64,000 bases of DNA from Octopus vulgaris (lineage: Eukaryota), in assembly GCA_951406725.2 (NCBI GenBank), contig OX597839.1:7564001-7628000 (forward strand), given 5' to 3'. The stretch's first letter is position 1; each line of letters opens with the position of its first letter. Shown piece by piece: positions 28,793 to 41,329 of the stretch. A program made the translations under genes and the position numbers. Below the pieces are notes generated by a model that worked only from the letters and a program-made list of their open reading frames with translations, had not been told where the DNA came from and searched no databases.

Positions 28793-29234
28793 ATGTGTAT
28801 ATCTTTCAGTCTATCTACCTATCTGTCTATCTAACTAGCTAGCTATCGATATATAGCCATGTGTATGCGTGCATTTCTATAAACGTGACTATGTATACAT
28901 ACATGTTTGTGCATGCATGTATATTGACAGCTTTACTGAGGTTTGACATCACAAATTTAGTCACAATTACTCATTCTAATATACTATTTAGTCTACTACC
29001 CTCTACAAACCAACAAACCATCAAAGCAAAGAGCCGTTCCCTCAATCTGTTTGTGTTTTTCGGCAGAATTACTCTCCGTCCCACACATTCCCTATGACGT
29101 TATACGTCACAGATGAAACAACCAATCAAAGAAGAGGGATGAAATCTATGGATTTGAATTCTGACATGATTCTTAAATCGATGATGACACACAGTGTGAT
29201 TCCATACGGCGATGTCAGAATGGTTAATGGATGA

Positions 29235-29281
<47 letters not shown>

Positions 29282-29340
29282 TGTGTGTGTGTTGGTATGT
29301 ATATATATATATGTATGTATCATGTAGGTTCACACACACA

Positions 29341-29398
<58 letters not shown>

Positions 29399-29568
29399 AT
29401 TAGATAGATCTACATATATGTATGTAGGTATATATATACATATATGGATTATACGTGTTTATAAATATATATACGTCTATATATATACACACACACACAT
29501 TTATATATATATGTATATATAATTATACATACATATATATATATAAATATACACACATATATAGATAG

Positions 29569-29668
<100 letters not shown>

Positions 29669-30258
29669 ACATAAGCATATGCATATACATGTTTGAGTGT
29701 GTTTTGTACGTGTGTGTTTGTAAGCCTGTGAGAGTGTATCTGTTTGTAAGCATGTAGTATGTATACACGAATATTTGTAATTCTATATATGTATATCTAC
29801 GTATTTTTATGCGTGCGTTGCGTGTTTATATCTGTGAGCATATTCATTGCTGCTTCTATAGAAGAATGCGTTCGTACATACGTGTGTATACATTTGCAAG
29901 TATTTTAAATTTTACACAAGTTACAAACTTTATATTGCAGAGTTTTCATGCATCTATTCCCATGTATGTATGTATGTATGTATGTTTGTATGTTTTTGTA
30001 TGTATGTATGTATGTATGTATGTATGTATGTATGTATATATATATATATATATATATATAGTACATGTATAACACACATATGTACGTGTGCGTAAGTGCG
30101 CGTATGCATCACTCAAATATATACGTAGGATGTAAGAAATATATATTTGCATATGATCCTTACCTATATCTGTATGTGTGTATATATACACACATATATA
30201 TATGCATATATATATATATGCACACATGTACATACATACATATGAATACGTATGTATG

Positions 30259-30335
<77 letters not shown>

Positions 30336-30606
30336 AAATATATACACATATATATATATGTGTGTGTGTGTCTGTGTGTATGTGTGTAAGTATTGATTTA
30401 TGGCAAAATGTAATCGATGCATGCAACGATTGTGAAATAAATTGGTTCCGATATTTGATATTTCATATCGTGACATGTGTATATTTTATATACAATGTGA
30501 GTACATAGACTTCTACGTATTATATGGCATTTCATAAACACGCACATACGTATGCACACATCTGCACCACCTAGTTATATATAACTGCATGTGTGTTATG
30601 ATTATA

Positions 30607-30650
<44 letters not shown>

Positions 30651-30669
30651 TAAGTGCATATATATATGT

Positions 30670-30704
<35 letters not shown>

Positions 30705-30709
30705 GTGTA

Positions 30710-30863
<154 letters not shown>

Positions 30864-31288
30864 ACACACATGGGTATTGATATAACATTATCAGGATTTC
30901 AGTGATAAGATTTCTTATATTCAAAGTTTGGTATTCGATATATTGATGGTTATAATGTGTTTTCTTATATATGTGTGTGTGTGTGTTTGTGTGTCTATAT
31001 GTCTGTGTGAGGCTATGCCCGCGTGTGTGTGTGTGTGTGATTGCGTGTGCACGTGTGCGGCTATGTGTGTGCGCGCGTGTGTGCGTGCGTACGTGTGTTT
31101 CTGTGTGTGTGTAGATTCAAAACTATTATTTTAATGAGTATTGGAGAATTGAAGTTCCTGTATATATAAGCATACCTTGGCGGCTGCCCGACACTATATG
31201 CGTGTGTGCGTGTATGCGTGTGTCTGTGTGTCCGCTTATACAAATGTATATAAATATATGCAGGCATCGTATCTTTCGATATATATAA

Positions 31289-31322
<34 letters not shown>

Positions 31323-31364
31323 GGTACATTATTAAACTATATTCTTAAATATATTTCAAAAGCC

Positions 31365-31545
31365 TTCATCACTCAGCCTTGCGGTGGTTAATGTTGCTCT
31401 CGTACCTAACTCCTCCTGTACTCAGGCAATTTTGCAAGTAGTACGGCTGTTTGGAATTCGGAGATGTATTCTTGGTATTTCCAGGGCACATTTTTCGGGG
31501 CCTCAGTTCATAAAGGAGTAGCTGCTCCCACAGCGAATGGTATAA
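31365..31545 (-). pseudogene. Possible R4/Dong-type LINE C-terminal remnant
   Basis: Minus frames give IPFAVGA... and VPWKYQEYISEFQTAVLLAKLPEYRR. These resemble the IPxVIGA...IxELQKxVLLGTxxILR end of restriction-like-endonuclease LINEs. Confidence 0.4.
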
Positions 31546-31694
31546 GGATATGCATATGTATAAACTAAACACACGTACATGCAATTACACAGATGTATAT
31601 ATCTGTGTGTGATAGAGTATAGGCGCCGCGAGGCTGTGAGTGAGAGAATTTCTGTGTGTGTGTGTGTATGTGCGTGTGACTGTGTGTCTGTGTA

Positions 31695-31726
<32 letters not shown>

Positions 31727-31747
31727 CATGTGTGTGTGTATGTGTGT

Positions 31748-31861
<114 letters not shown>

Positions 31862-31964
31862 ATATATTTGGCAATGAGCACGGAAAACAAGACGACACAG
31901 CGTGATAAGTTTAAACAAATGTTGAATTACTTTAACGCTTCTCTCCCTCTCTTTCTGATGTCTT

Positions 31965-31998
<34 letters not shown>

Positions 31999-32042
31999 AC
32001 TCCCTCGCTTCCTATCTGTCTATGTATCTAACTATATCTTTA

Positions 32043-32113
<71 letters not shown>

Positions 32114-32296
32114 TTGTGTGTGGGTGTGTGTGTGTATATTTGCATATATTTATATATATATCTAAGAAAGTATGTACTGTTCGTATCTACTACACAAAGA
32201 CCACACGAGCAATGAGAGAGAGAGAGAGAGATGGATGCACAGAAAGCGCGATATTTTGTACATATATACAAATATATGCGTATATATGTATACAGA

Positions 32297-32354
<58 letters not shown>

Positions 32355-32374
32355 CATATACATGCATATATATG

Positions 32375-32466
<92 letters not shown>

Positions 32467-32552
32467 TATACATATACATATATATATATATCATAGAAAA
32501 TGGAGTCTAACGCTCCAGATGTTAAGGCATTTATATCAAGAAGTCCTTTACA

Positions 32553-32609
<57 letters not shown>

Positions 32610-32675
32610 AAATCTCATATATATATATATCCACGCGCGCACACACATACACACACAGATACATGCATATATACA

Positions 32676-33040
32676 TTTTTTTTTTTTCCTCTAGTTTCAG
32701 CTCAGAGCTGCGGTCATGCTGATGCGCCGCCGTTTTGCTACACTGTTATTACTAAGAGCCCCCTCCAATATGTGGCACTTTGTGAAGCATGGAGTTTGAT
32801 ATAGCTATCTACAGGTAGGTTCATGTGGGACTCTCGACACGGCGAGGTCCAGCTTTGATTAAAAGACCCCTACGTCTACTTTGTGCAAGTTCCTCAGACT
32901 CTTTGGGCGAATATAAAAAATCTGTGGGCCCTTGAAATCCAGGCTGTTGCAGTAACTGGTCCTGAAGCGTGATGGCATTGCGGGGACCTTTGGCACTATG
33001 CAGTGTCGTCCCGGGTTGTATGGATCCCAGTTGAGACCCA
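32676..33040 (-). pseudogene. CR1/L2-group LINE 3' end (ORF2 C-terminus, 3'UTR stem-loop, A tail)
   Basis: ...YCNSLDFKGPQIFYIRPKSLRNLHKVDVGVF*SKLDLAVSRVPHEP, then GGCGGCGCATCAGCATGACCGCAGCTCTGAGCTGAAACTAGAGG and poly-A. Confidence 0.7.
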
Positions 33041-33782
33041 CTGATTTAAGGTTATCCTTTTAAGTGACAAACTGCTCCGTCGCCCATCAGTACATCAATT
33101 CGGCAAAAGCCAAATCTTTTCTGCAGGAACCAAATCTGATTGCGATCTTCACAGGTAACATGGTTTTAGCCTCAGCTGTACAATCTAGCGATCGACTCCA
33201 CGTTTATGCATCAGAAACCTCGACAGAAGAAAGTGATAAAGAGAGCATCAAATTTTGACACTTTTCCAGGATAAAAGCCTTTGTAGATGATTAGAAAATA
33301 ACATTGCGGCCTTGAAAATGTTAAGTAATGGATTTTTCTTTTTTGATCAAGGGAAAGAACTAAATTTTCCGATGAGCATTGAAAATATCAGGTTTCCTAC
33401 AAAATATCAGCTTCATATCACGGCCACGAGCATGTAGCAGATTGGAGGGCCATAATTAATAACTTCACGATAGGTAATAGCATGACAGTGAGGATTAGGG
33501 CGAAAAATTGCAGGGCAAGTTAGGCAAGAAATGAAGAGTCATAGTTTACAGGCCATGAATCGGAATCATTTTAGAGCATAATTACTATCCTGGACGAATA
33601 CATCAGAAAGCGTTCATAACGAATTCAGTGCAGTAGAAAAGAAGAAAAACTTTTGATTGCAGCTCATGATGTTGTTGCTTTGAAAAAAGATAACGTACAA
33701 AACGGGTTGCTTCAACAACACTTATCTACAAAACGCTTGCACAGGCCACAACCGATCAGATATATATGTATATATATATATA

Positions 33783-34177
33783 CTAGCAGTATCGCCCGGC
33801 GTTGCTCGGGTTTGTAAGGGAAATAACTATATAAGCATTTTTAGAGAGTTATAGTCAAAAAATAGCAAAAAAATGCATTAAAAATGAAAAACAATGATGG
33901 TAAATTTTTTTTAAAATCTTTAACACATCGTAGACATTTTTAGAGAGTTACTTCCCTTATATAATAGCGAAAAAATGCATTAAAATGGAAAGAATGATGG
34001 TAATTTTTTTTAAAATCGTTGACTCATCGTAGACGCGCGCTAATACCCAGAAGGGCTCGATATGAATCACGACTATAAGATACCCGGTTTTGGTTAAACT
34101 GCACCGCAAAATGTGGGAGTAGTTAGGAATCTAAATCGTAGGAGACAGACACACAACTTCACTTTTATATATAAAGA
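33783..34177 (-). mobile_element. Non-autonomous Helitron, both ends intact
   Basis: Minus strand begins TCTTTATATATAAAAG, ends with hairpin CCCGAGCAACGCCGGG then GCTAG, and is inserted between A and T. Contains an internal direct duplication of about 105 bp. Confidence 0.8.
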
Positions 34178-34179
34178 TA

Positions 34180-34261
<82 letters not shown>

Positions 34262-34265
<4 letters not shown>

Positions 34266-34420
34266 AGAGTTTACGAAAAAAATCAAAAGACGAAGACAGG
34301 TGGTGTACGAAACAAACAGATGTATTAGTATAACGCTCAGGAATATAAAAAGTCTTTTACATTCTGACCCTACGCTCTTCTACAGAAAGGGACGCAGAAA
34401 AAACAGGGAGAGAAACAATA
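34262..34420 (-). mobile_element. Penelope-like pLTR fragment (degenerate hammerhead 34354-34389) in (TA)n
   Basis: Near-identical to 55501-55650. The GAAA part of the core is mutated. Confidence 0.6.
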
Positions 34421-34674
34421 TATATATATATATATTTATATATATTAGATCATGGTAGGGTATGATGGTAGGATATTTCCAGAGAAGCACTAAATCCGAA
34501 TTCTGGGCTATCAATACTGTCGGGTTCCAGACCAATGCCGAAATTCTTGAACTGTACAAAATTCTGGTTTTCCCATCGTTATGTGGGTCTTTCGGAGAGT
34601 CATTAAAGATATGCTAAAGAATTTATTTGTTTTCTTATTATTTGTCTTATTATTATTTATATATATATATACTC

Positions 34675-34945
34675 AAGATAAGGCATAAGTAATGGTCATT
34701 CTATATTTCAGTATTGTAATAATTTTGGATTACAGCTGTTTCCAGTTCGTTATTGAACGGCCGAGAAAAGTACCAGTTACGGAAGTAGCAGTAATATTCT
34801 AGGTGGTTCCATTTTTCTTAACCAATCAATGAGCCAATTGAGTAAGGCAATCAATAATGAGCCTATAATGACTACTGGAAACAACTGTGAGTCAAATTTA
34901 CTAGCATAATATAACATACAATGATCATTATTTATGCCGTGTCTT
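34675..34945. mobile_element. Fold-back element with two inverted GAAACAGCTGT half-hammerhead arms
   Basis: AAGATAAGGCATAAGTAATGGTCATT/AATGATCATTATTTATGCCGTGTCTT and ACAGCTGTTTCCAGT/ACTGGAAACAACTGT pair in register. Confidence 0.6.
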
Positions 34946-34989
34946 TTATATCAATCTGTAAAAGCAAGTGTCTCCGGAGCACAACCATG

Positions 34990-35433
34990 GGATCTTTTCG
35001 GTTTGAAAGGCAGTTTTTAAAATAATTTCTAGGTAACTAAACACTTTTAAACTTCGTATACTGGTAGAATGTGTTTATAAAACATCTTTTTCTCTTGGCT
35101 TTATTGAGAAAATTCTATAGTTTGTAAGATATTTGGTCTTTAATTTCTTGCATTGCAGCAATTTCAACCAATCAATGACCGTCTATTGAGGTGAAAAAAA
35201 CATTCTGTGCCGTATGAATATGTCCCTCGTTTAAGAAACAGATTGGGTTTATTTATATTTCTGACGAAAATAAGATACCCTTCCCCCCACCCCTAACCCT
35301 AACCCTAACCCTAACTCTAACCTTAACCCTAAAACAGATTGAAATGCAATAGATCGATTCTAGGGTCATAATTATGGGTGACAATTTCATATGACACCGC
35401 TAGAAAAAACTGCCATTCAAACCGAAAAGATCC
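34990..35433. mobile_element. Non-autonomous DNA transposon (Merlin-like) with internal telomeric repeats
   Basis: 29-bp TIRs matching 28/29 (GGATCTTTTCGGTTTGAAWGGCAGTTTTT); 8-bp TSD CAACCATG at 34982-34989 and 35434-35441; (CCCTAA)7 at 35291-35332. Confidence 0.85.
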
Positions 35434-35651
35434 CAACCATGGATATACTATACAGAATGGCGATAAACTATAACCTCGGATCCTCTCACAAGAATGCTTG
35501 GAGTTCTTTACTAATCTAAATATTGTTGTTAGTCTAGTGTACTAACAGAGAGCTTGTAAAGTATCTTGACTGGATTGAAAATCCCTCTTTAAAAATTTTC
35601 TCTCTTTCTTTCTCTGTCTCGTTCTCCATCTCTCTCACTCATTCTTTCTCT

Positions 35652-35686
<35 letters not shown>

Positions 35687-35759
35687 ATCGTGTATGTATA
35701 TATGCATGTATATTGCATATATGTATATATGCACATAAATATATACATAGATCTACATG

Positions 35760-36172
35760 GGCGTAAGAGTGGCTGTGTTGTAAGTATCTTGCTTACGAAC
35801 CACATGGTTCCGGGTTCAGTCCCACTGCGTAGCACCTTGGGCAAGTATCTTCTACTATAGCCTCGAGCCAACCAAACCCTTGTGAGTGGATTTGGTAGAT
35901 GGAAACTGAAAGAAGCCTGTCGTATATATGTATATACATATGTATGTGTTTGTATATGTGTGTGTTTCTGTGTTTGTCCCCCCCAACATCGCTTGACAAC
36001 CGATGCAGATGTGTTTACGTCACCGTAACTTAGCGGTTCGACAAAAGAGACCGATAGAATAAGTACTAGGTTTACAAAGAATAAGTCCTGGGGGTCGATT
36101 TGGTCGACTAAAGTCGGTGCTCCGTCGTGGCCACAGTCAAATGACTGAAACAAGTAAAAGAGTAAAAGAGTA
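35760..36172 (+). mobile_element. SINE family A, full length
   Basis: Head, body, internal microsatellite and tail are all present. Confidence 0.9.
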
Positions 36173-36534
36173 ATTGACTATTTAATCAAATATGTGTCAG
36201 CCACGACAATGAGAGATCCCTCCCCCCGCACAACGAAAGGGCGTGGCACTGTATAATCACAGGAATTGTTCCCAGAAACAGCACGAGAATGTCAGATGTA
36301 TGTAAGTTACACTATTCTAATGGACCCTTACGCATCTCAGATATGGGTGACACTAGAATGACAAGGCTAGTGACAAAAATTCTCCACAATGCACTTAAAG
36401 TTTACAGTATATTGTTGCAAGATTCAGCGAGATCCACACATACTTCCCTAAGTTGTTTATTAAGACATTAGCATACCCGTGTTGTCAAAAATGCCGATAA
36501 TTTTGTTGATGGTTCAAAATGGTATAACAAAACA

Positions 36535-36665
36535 ATCTTATTCGCTTGCTTTCTTCCAAAGTATCTAGTGCTCTTCGCTTAGATTTTCTTCGGGCCGGCC
36601 GGACTGGAGCAAACTCGAATGTAACCGGCCGAAACAGCAGGGATGATCTGGAACTCGACTGACGA
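36535..36665. repeat. Interspersed repeat, inverted partner of 39798-39925
   Basis: Its reverse complement CAGTCGAGTTCCAGATCATCCCTGCTGTTTCGGCCGGTTA...TTGGAAGAAAGCAAGCGAAT aligns with CAGTCGAGTTCCAGATTATCTTTGCAATTTCGGCTGGTTA...TTGGAAGAAAGCAGCGAAT. Confidence 0.7.
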
Positions 36666-36927
36666 TGCAAGGCTCCGAATGACCTGTCCTTGATGAGTGT
36701 CAGTAATTGGGTAAATATATATGCATACACAAAATTGAAGCATTTGGACAATCAGATACGGTTGTAACGTATCCGTTGAAAATATTACAAACCATATAAT
36801 ACGCATACACACGCGAGCGCGCGCATATATATTTTACTCTTTACTCTTTTACTTGTTTCAGTCATTTGACTGTGGCCATGCCGGAGCATCGCCTTTAGCC
36901 GAGCAAGTCGCCCCCAGGACTTATTCT

Positions 36928-37836
36928 TCTGTTTTTTCGTTGTTAAAAAAATGGTCCGTTCCATGCTATTTTCACTTTTTCGTTTCTCGTTGAGTTCTAC
37001 GTCTATTCGTGGTGTCCTGTACACACGTATATATATTTATATATGCATGTATATATACATGTAGATGTAGGTACGTACATACATGTTTGTATGTATGCAT
37101 ATATTTTATTTATTACACTATTGTATGACTGAGCGCCCTGGCGTCGATTCGATTCGTTTCGTTTCGTTTCTTCTTCTTCTCTAAGCTGGTTTTTATATAT
37201 AATTATGACGCGAAACTCTATAACTCCTTCTTCTCTCTTTCTTTCACCCTCTTTGGCTTCCTTCCTCTCTATCTATCTCTCTCTCTCTCTCTCACTCCTC
37301 CTCATCTCTCTCACAGCCGGGTCGACGAACTTCCTTTCGCTGTAAACATGTATCTTCCTGCGCTCGTGAAAAAATGTTTTCCTCGTCTAGGCTTATAGGC
37401 CCTCATTATTTGTTTTCCTATCCTGTTTCTATTCCTTCTTGTACTGTATTTTTTGTAATTGTATTTTTATCTTGTATTAGTTTTTAATTGTATTGTTTTT
37501 ACGTCCTGTTTTTGCCACATTTTTTCCTTGTTTTTACCCCTCTGCAAAGGAATTTTATTTAATTCTTTCGCAGGAAGGACTAGTTCAACGTGACGTGTTC
37601 TGTCCTCACCTTCGAAACACGCTGGAGTTGAACTAGGGACAGCTGTACTCTGTTATTTCGTTGTTAAAAAAATGGTCCGTTCCATGCTGTTTTTACCTTT
37701 TCGTTTCTCGTTGAGTTCTACGTCTATTTCTGGTGTCCTGTACACACGTATATATATTTATATATGCATGTATATATACATGTAGATGTAGGAACGTACA
37801 TATATGTTTGTATGTATGCATAGATTTTATTTATTA

Positions 37837-37842
<6 letters not shown>
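36928..37842. mobile_element. Element with about 194-bp terminal direct repeats (36928-37121, 37649-37842)
   Basis: TCGTTGTTAAAAAAATGGTCCGTTCCATGCT...TTTATTACACTAT occurs twice, 721 bp apart, and truncates a family A SINE tail (36833-36927). Confidence 0.75.
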
Positions 37843-37883
<41 letters not shown>

Positions 37884-37894
37884 ATTGTATTGTA

Positions 37895-38030
37895 TTGCGA
37901 CCCCCTTCGGTCATGAATGACCATGAAATTACACCTAGAAGGTTACCCTCCGAGGCACAAGTCTGGGCAAGGTTGTTTATGGAAGACCAGCAGTTGCCCA
38001 CGCATACCAGCTTCCACTCTCCACGCCATA
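37895..38030. mobile_element. Interspersed repeat family E (inverted relative at about 40110-40240)
   Basis: GGTCATGAATGACCATG...GGGCAAGGTTGTTTATGGAAGACCAGCAG vs CTGCTGGTCTTCGTTAAACAATCTTGCCC...CATGGTTATTCATGACC. Confidence 0.65.
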
Positions 38031-38272
38031 TATTAGAGAAAAACCACTATTATGCAATTCAGACAATGATAGACATAAACCAAATCATAAATAAAAAATA
38101 AAATATATTTTTTAAAACGTCTATATAGATCACAAAAAGTACAAAGTGAATAATCTATATATAATATATAAGTAATTTCTCTAATTTATATATTATATAT
38201 TTGTATTGTGAAATTTGATTTAATACTAAATTGAATTTTTCCCTGTAAGTTTGGAGTTATATTCCCTAATAT

Positions 38273-38310
<38 letters not shown>

Positions 38311-38358
38311 ATACACGTGTGTATGTATATGTATATATGTGTATATATGTACATGCGA

Positions 38359-38406
<48 letters not shown>

Positions 38407-39034
38407 ATATGTGTATCTCTTTGTGTATTCATGCACGCGCGTGTATATTGCCAGATACGAACACATGTAAGACATCACCAGAACGTTCATCTCTAAGGAA
38501 TTGCAAGTCTCCAGACAACCTTCTCCCTCATCCCCTACGCCACGCCCTCTACACGCATTGTTTTATATGCCTGCTTCATCTTTTGTTTCGTTATTTTCTG
38601 GGTTTTGTTTGTTTGTTTGTGCGTGTGAGTCTGTGTGTGTCTGTGAGGAGGAGTAGGTGGTGCACGAGGTGAGGTGGTGTCTGTTTATTTGTAGATATCA
38701 TAGATATGCCTCTGTGTATACATGTGTGTGTGTGTAGATATATGTATGTATATATGTAGATATATGTATGTGGATTGTATGACCTTGTTGCATGTTTTAC
38801 GTATGTATATATGTAATGTGTGTATATGTGAGCCTCTTGACTTGATAACATGTATTTATATGCTCCTCTCTACACGCATGAGTTTGTATACGTATGTACA
38901 CATGTTCTTGTGTGTATGTTGTGTATAGAAATGCAAGGAAGATAGTTACAGACACTGTGAAAGACAGCGAGGTATTTTGTTGTAACTTATGCGGGTTTGC
39001 ACCTGTTTATATGTAATTTCATAGCTTTCAAATA

Positions 39035-39690
39035 ACATACATTCATACATACATACATGCGTACATTCATTCATACACACATACATACATACATACATAC
39101 ATACATACATACATACATACATACATACATACACAAATATATACATACATACATACATAAATATATATATACATACATACATAAATATATACAAACATAT
39201 ATACATACATAAATATATACATACATTCATACATAAATATATGCATACATATATGCATACATACATACATACATACATACATACATGTGCATGCATACAT
39301 TCATACATACATACATATATACATACATACATATATACATACATACATACATATATACATACATACATAATACATACATACATACATAATACATACATAC
39401 ATACATACATAATGCATACATACATAATACATACATACATAATACATACATACATAATACATACATGCATACATAAATATATACATACATACGTACATAC
39501 ATAATACATACATACATACATAATACATACATGCATAATTACATACATACATAAATACATACATACGTACATACATACATGCATGCATGCATACATACAT
39601 ACATACATAGATACATACATACATACATACATACATACATACATACATACATGCATACATACATTCATACATACATATGCATGCATACAT
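39035..39690. repeat. (TACA)n degenerate tetranucleotide array
   Basis: Read directly from the sequence. Confidence 0.95.
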
Positions 39691-40252
39691 ATGAGTAGGC
39701 ACCGACAAGTTGTTGGCTTTGGCTTAAAGAAAATTCAGGAGGATCAGTTAATTATGATTTTATCCAACAGATTTCCTTCTCCGATTCACACACTTATTGC
39801 AGTCGAGTTCCAGATTATCTTTGCAATTTCGGCTGGTTATACTCCCCTGATTGCTCTAATCGGCGAACCCCAAGGAAAAACTAAGCTAAGTGCATCAGAT
39901 TCCTTGGAAGAAAGCAGCGAATTTATACGAAACGATGGACGAAAAAGCAAACGGAGAAATGGTACACAAATACAAATAACAGGACATTAACAACGGGTGT
40001 CTTTCGATTAAGGACGAATGAAGATGGCATATAAATATATGATCCAGTTCCCTCAGCTGTACAAAATGAGTTGTGACGTCACTGGTGCCAAGCTGTATCG
40101 GCCGTCGCCTTTCCCTTGGATAATATCGGTAGCGTGCTATGCATCTCTGACTGCTGGTCTTCGTTAAACAATCTTGCCCGGACATGTGCCTTGCTAGGTA
40201 ACTCTCTCAGTGCAATACCATGGTTATTCATGACCATAGGAATTCTTTTCTG

Positions 40253-40288
<36 letters not shown>

Positions 40289-40296
<8 letters not shown>

Positions 40297-40620
40297 ATAT
40301 GTACAATTACTCAATAGTCAAGATAAAACTCTGAGTTTCAGATGCCGAAGTGGAAATCCACAACACCATCTCTTCGGTTATCTCGCCATCTGAAAAAATG
40401 CTATGAAAAATACCGTTATATAAAGGGAAATTACTGTGTTATAATTCTGCTACTTATATAAAATAAAATATGATTAAAATTTCATAGCAAAAAAAAGGAA
40501 AAAAAGCTAGTTTTATCTTGACTATTGAGTAATTGTACATATTATTTTATAGATAAATTTCCTCTATTTACATAATATTGAGGTCTCTTTCTTTCTTTTG
40601 TTATCTTACCGTTTTTACCA
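40289..40620. mobile_element. Penelope-like inverted pLTR element: perfect 42-bp arms plus hammerhead-like motif (40321-40383, minus)
   Basis: 40289-40330 is the exact reverse complement of 40509-40550. Minus strand: AGATAA-CCGAAGA-GATG...CATCT-GAAA-CTCAGAG-T-T-TTATCT. Confidence 0.7.
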
Positions 40621-40630
40621 ATATATATAT

Positions 40631-40840
40631 GGAGAATTTACAAAAAAAAACAAAAGACGAAGATGGGTGTGTAAACAATAAACGGATGTATTAGTATAAC
40701 CCTCGGGAAGTGAGAAAGTCTTTTACATTTCGAGCCTACGCTCTTCGACAGAAAGGAACACAGAATTAAACAAGGTGAGAAAACAAATAATGGTTTAGTG
40801 GCAATCGATCTATCATGTCGAATGCCGGACAGAGGGAGAT
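40631..40840 (-). mobile_element. Penelope-like pLTR fragment with hammerhead-like motif (40720-40755)
   Basis: Minus strand: CTTT-CTGTCGA-A-GAGC GTAG GCTC-GAAA-TG-T-A-AAAG. Flanked by (TA)n. Confidence 0.65.
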
Positions 40841-40844
40841 ATAT

Positions 40845-40916
<72 letters not shown>

Positions 40917-41290
40917 AGAGAGAGAGAGAGAGATTTTGAGTTCAATTTTCCAGTTTATATCCCCCAATCTGTATACATATTTGTGTTTGTGTGATTGTAT
41001 GTTTGTATATATAGATAAACATGTGTGTAAGTAAGAGTGTGTGTGTGTGTGTGGATGATTATCTGGTTATATTATTATTTCTATATATGTTATTGGTGGA
41101 TGTATGAATGTGGGTATGTTAAGAAGGGAGACAATAATATTCCACGCTTACGTGTTTCATGCAAAACATATGTTACGTCCTGCAACTTTGGAATGCTCGT
41201 CTATTTGTATTGTTCACACCACGCACCCACGCATACATATGTTTAAAATCAGACGCACGCACACATAGCTAGATACACATGAATATTTGC

Positions 41291-41329
<39 letters not shown>

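Noticed and set aside
29158-29221. C/D box snoRNA (ATGATGA within a terminal stem)
   Set aside because: No D box (CTGA) downstream, and the C box is not next to the stem.
31345-31375. Minus-strand GTGATGAAGGCTTTTGAAATATA as a hammerhead
   Set aside because: C3 is missing and stems I and II are not convincing.
35291-35332. Telomere or chromosome-fusion scar
   Set aside because: Only seven units in a single orientation, lying inside a TIR/TSD-bounded transposon.
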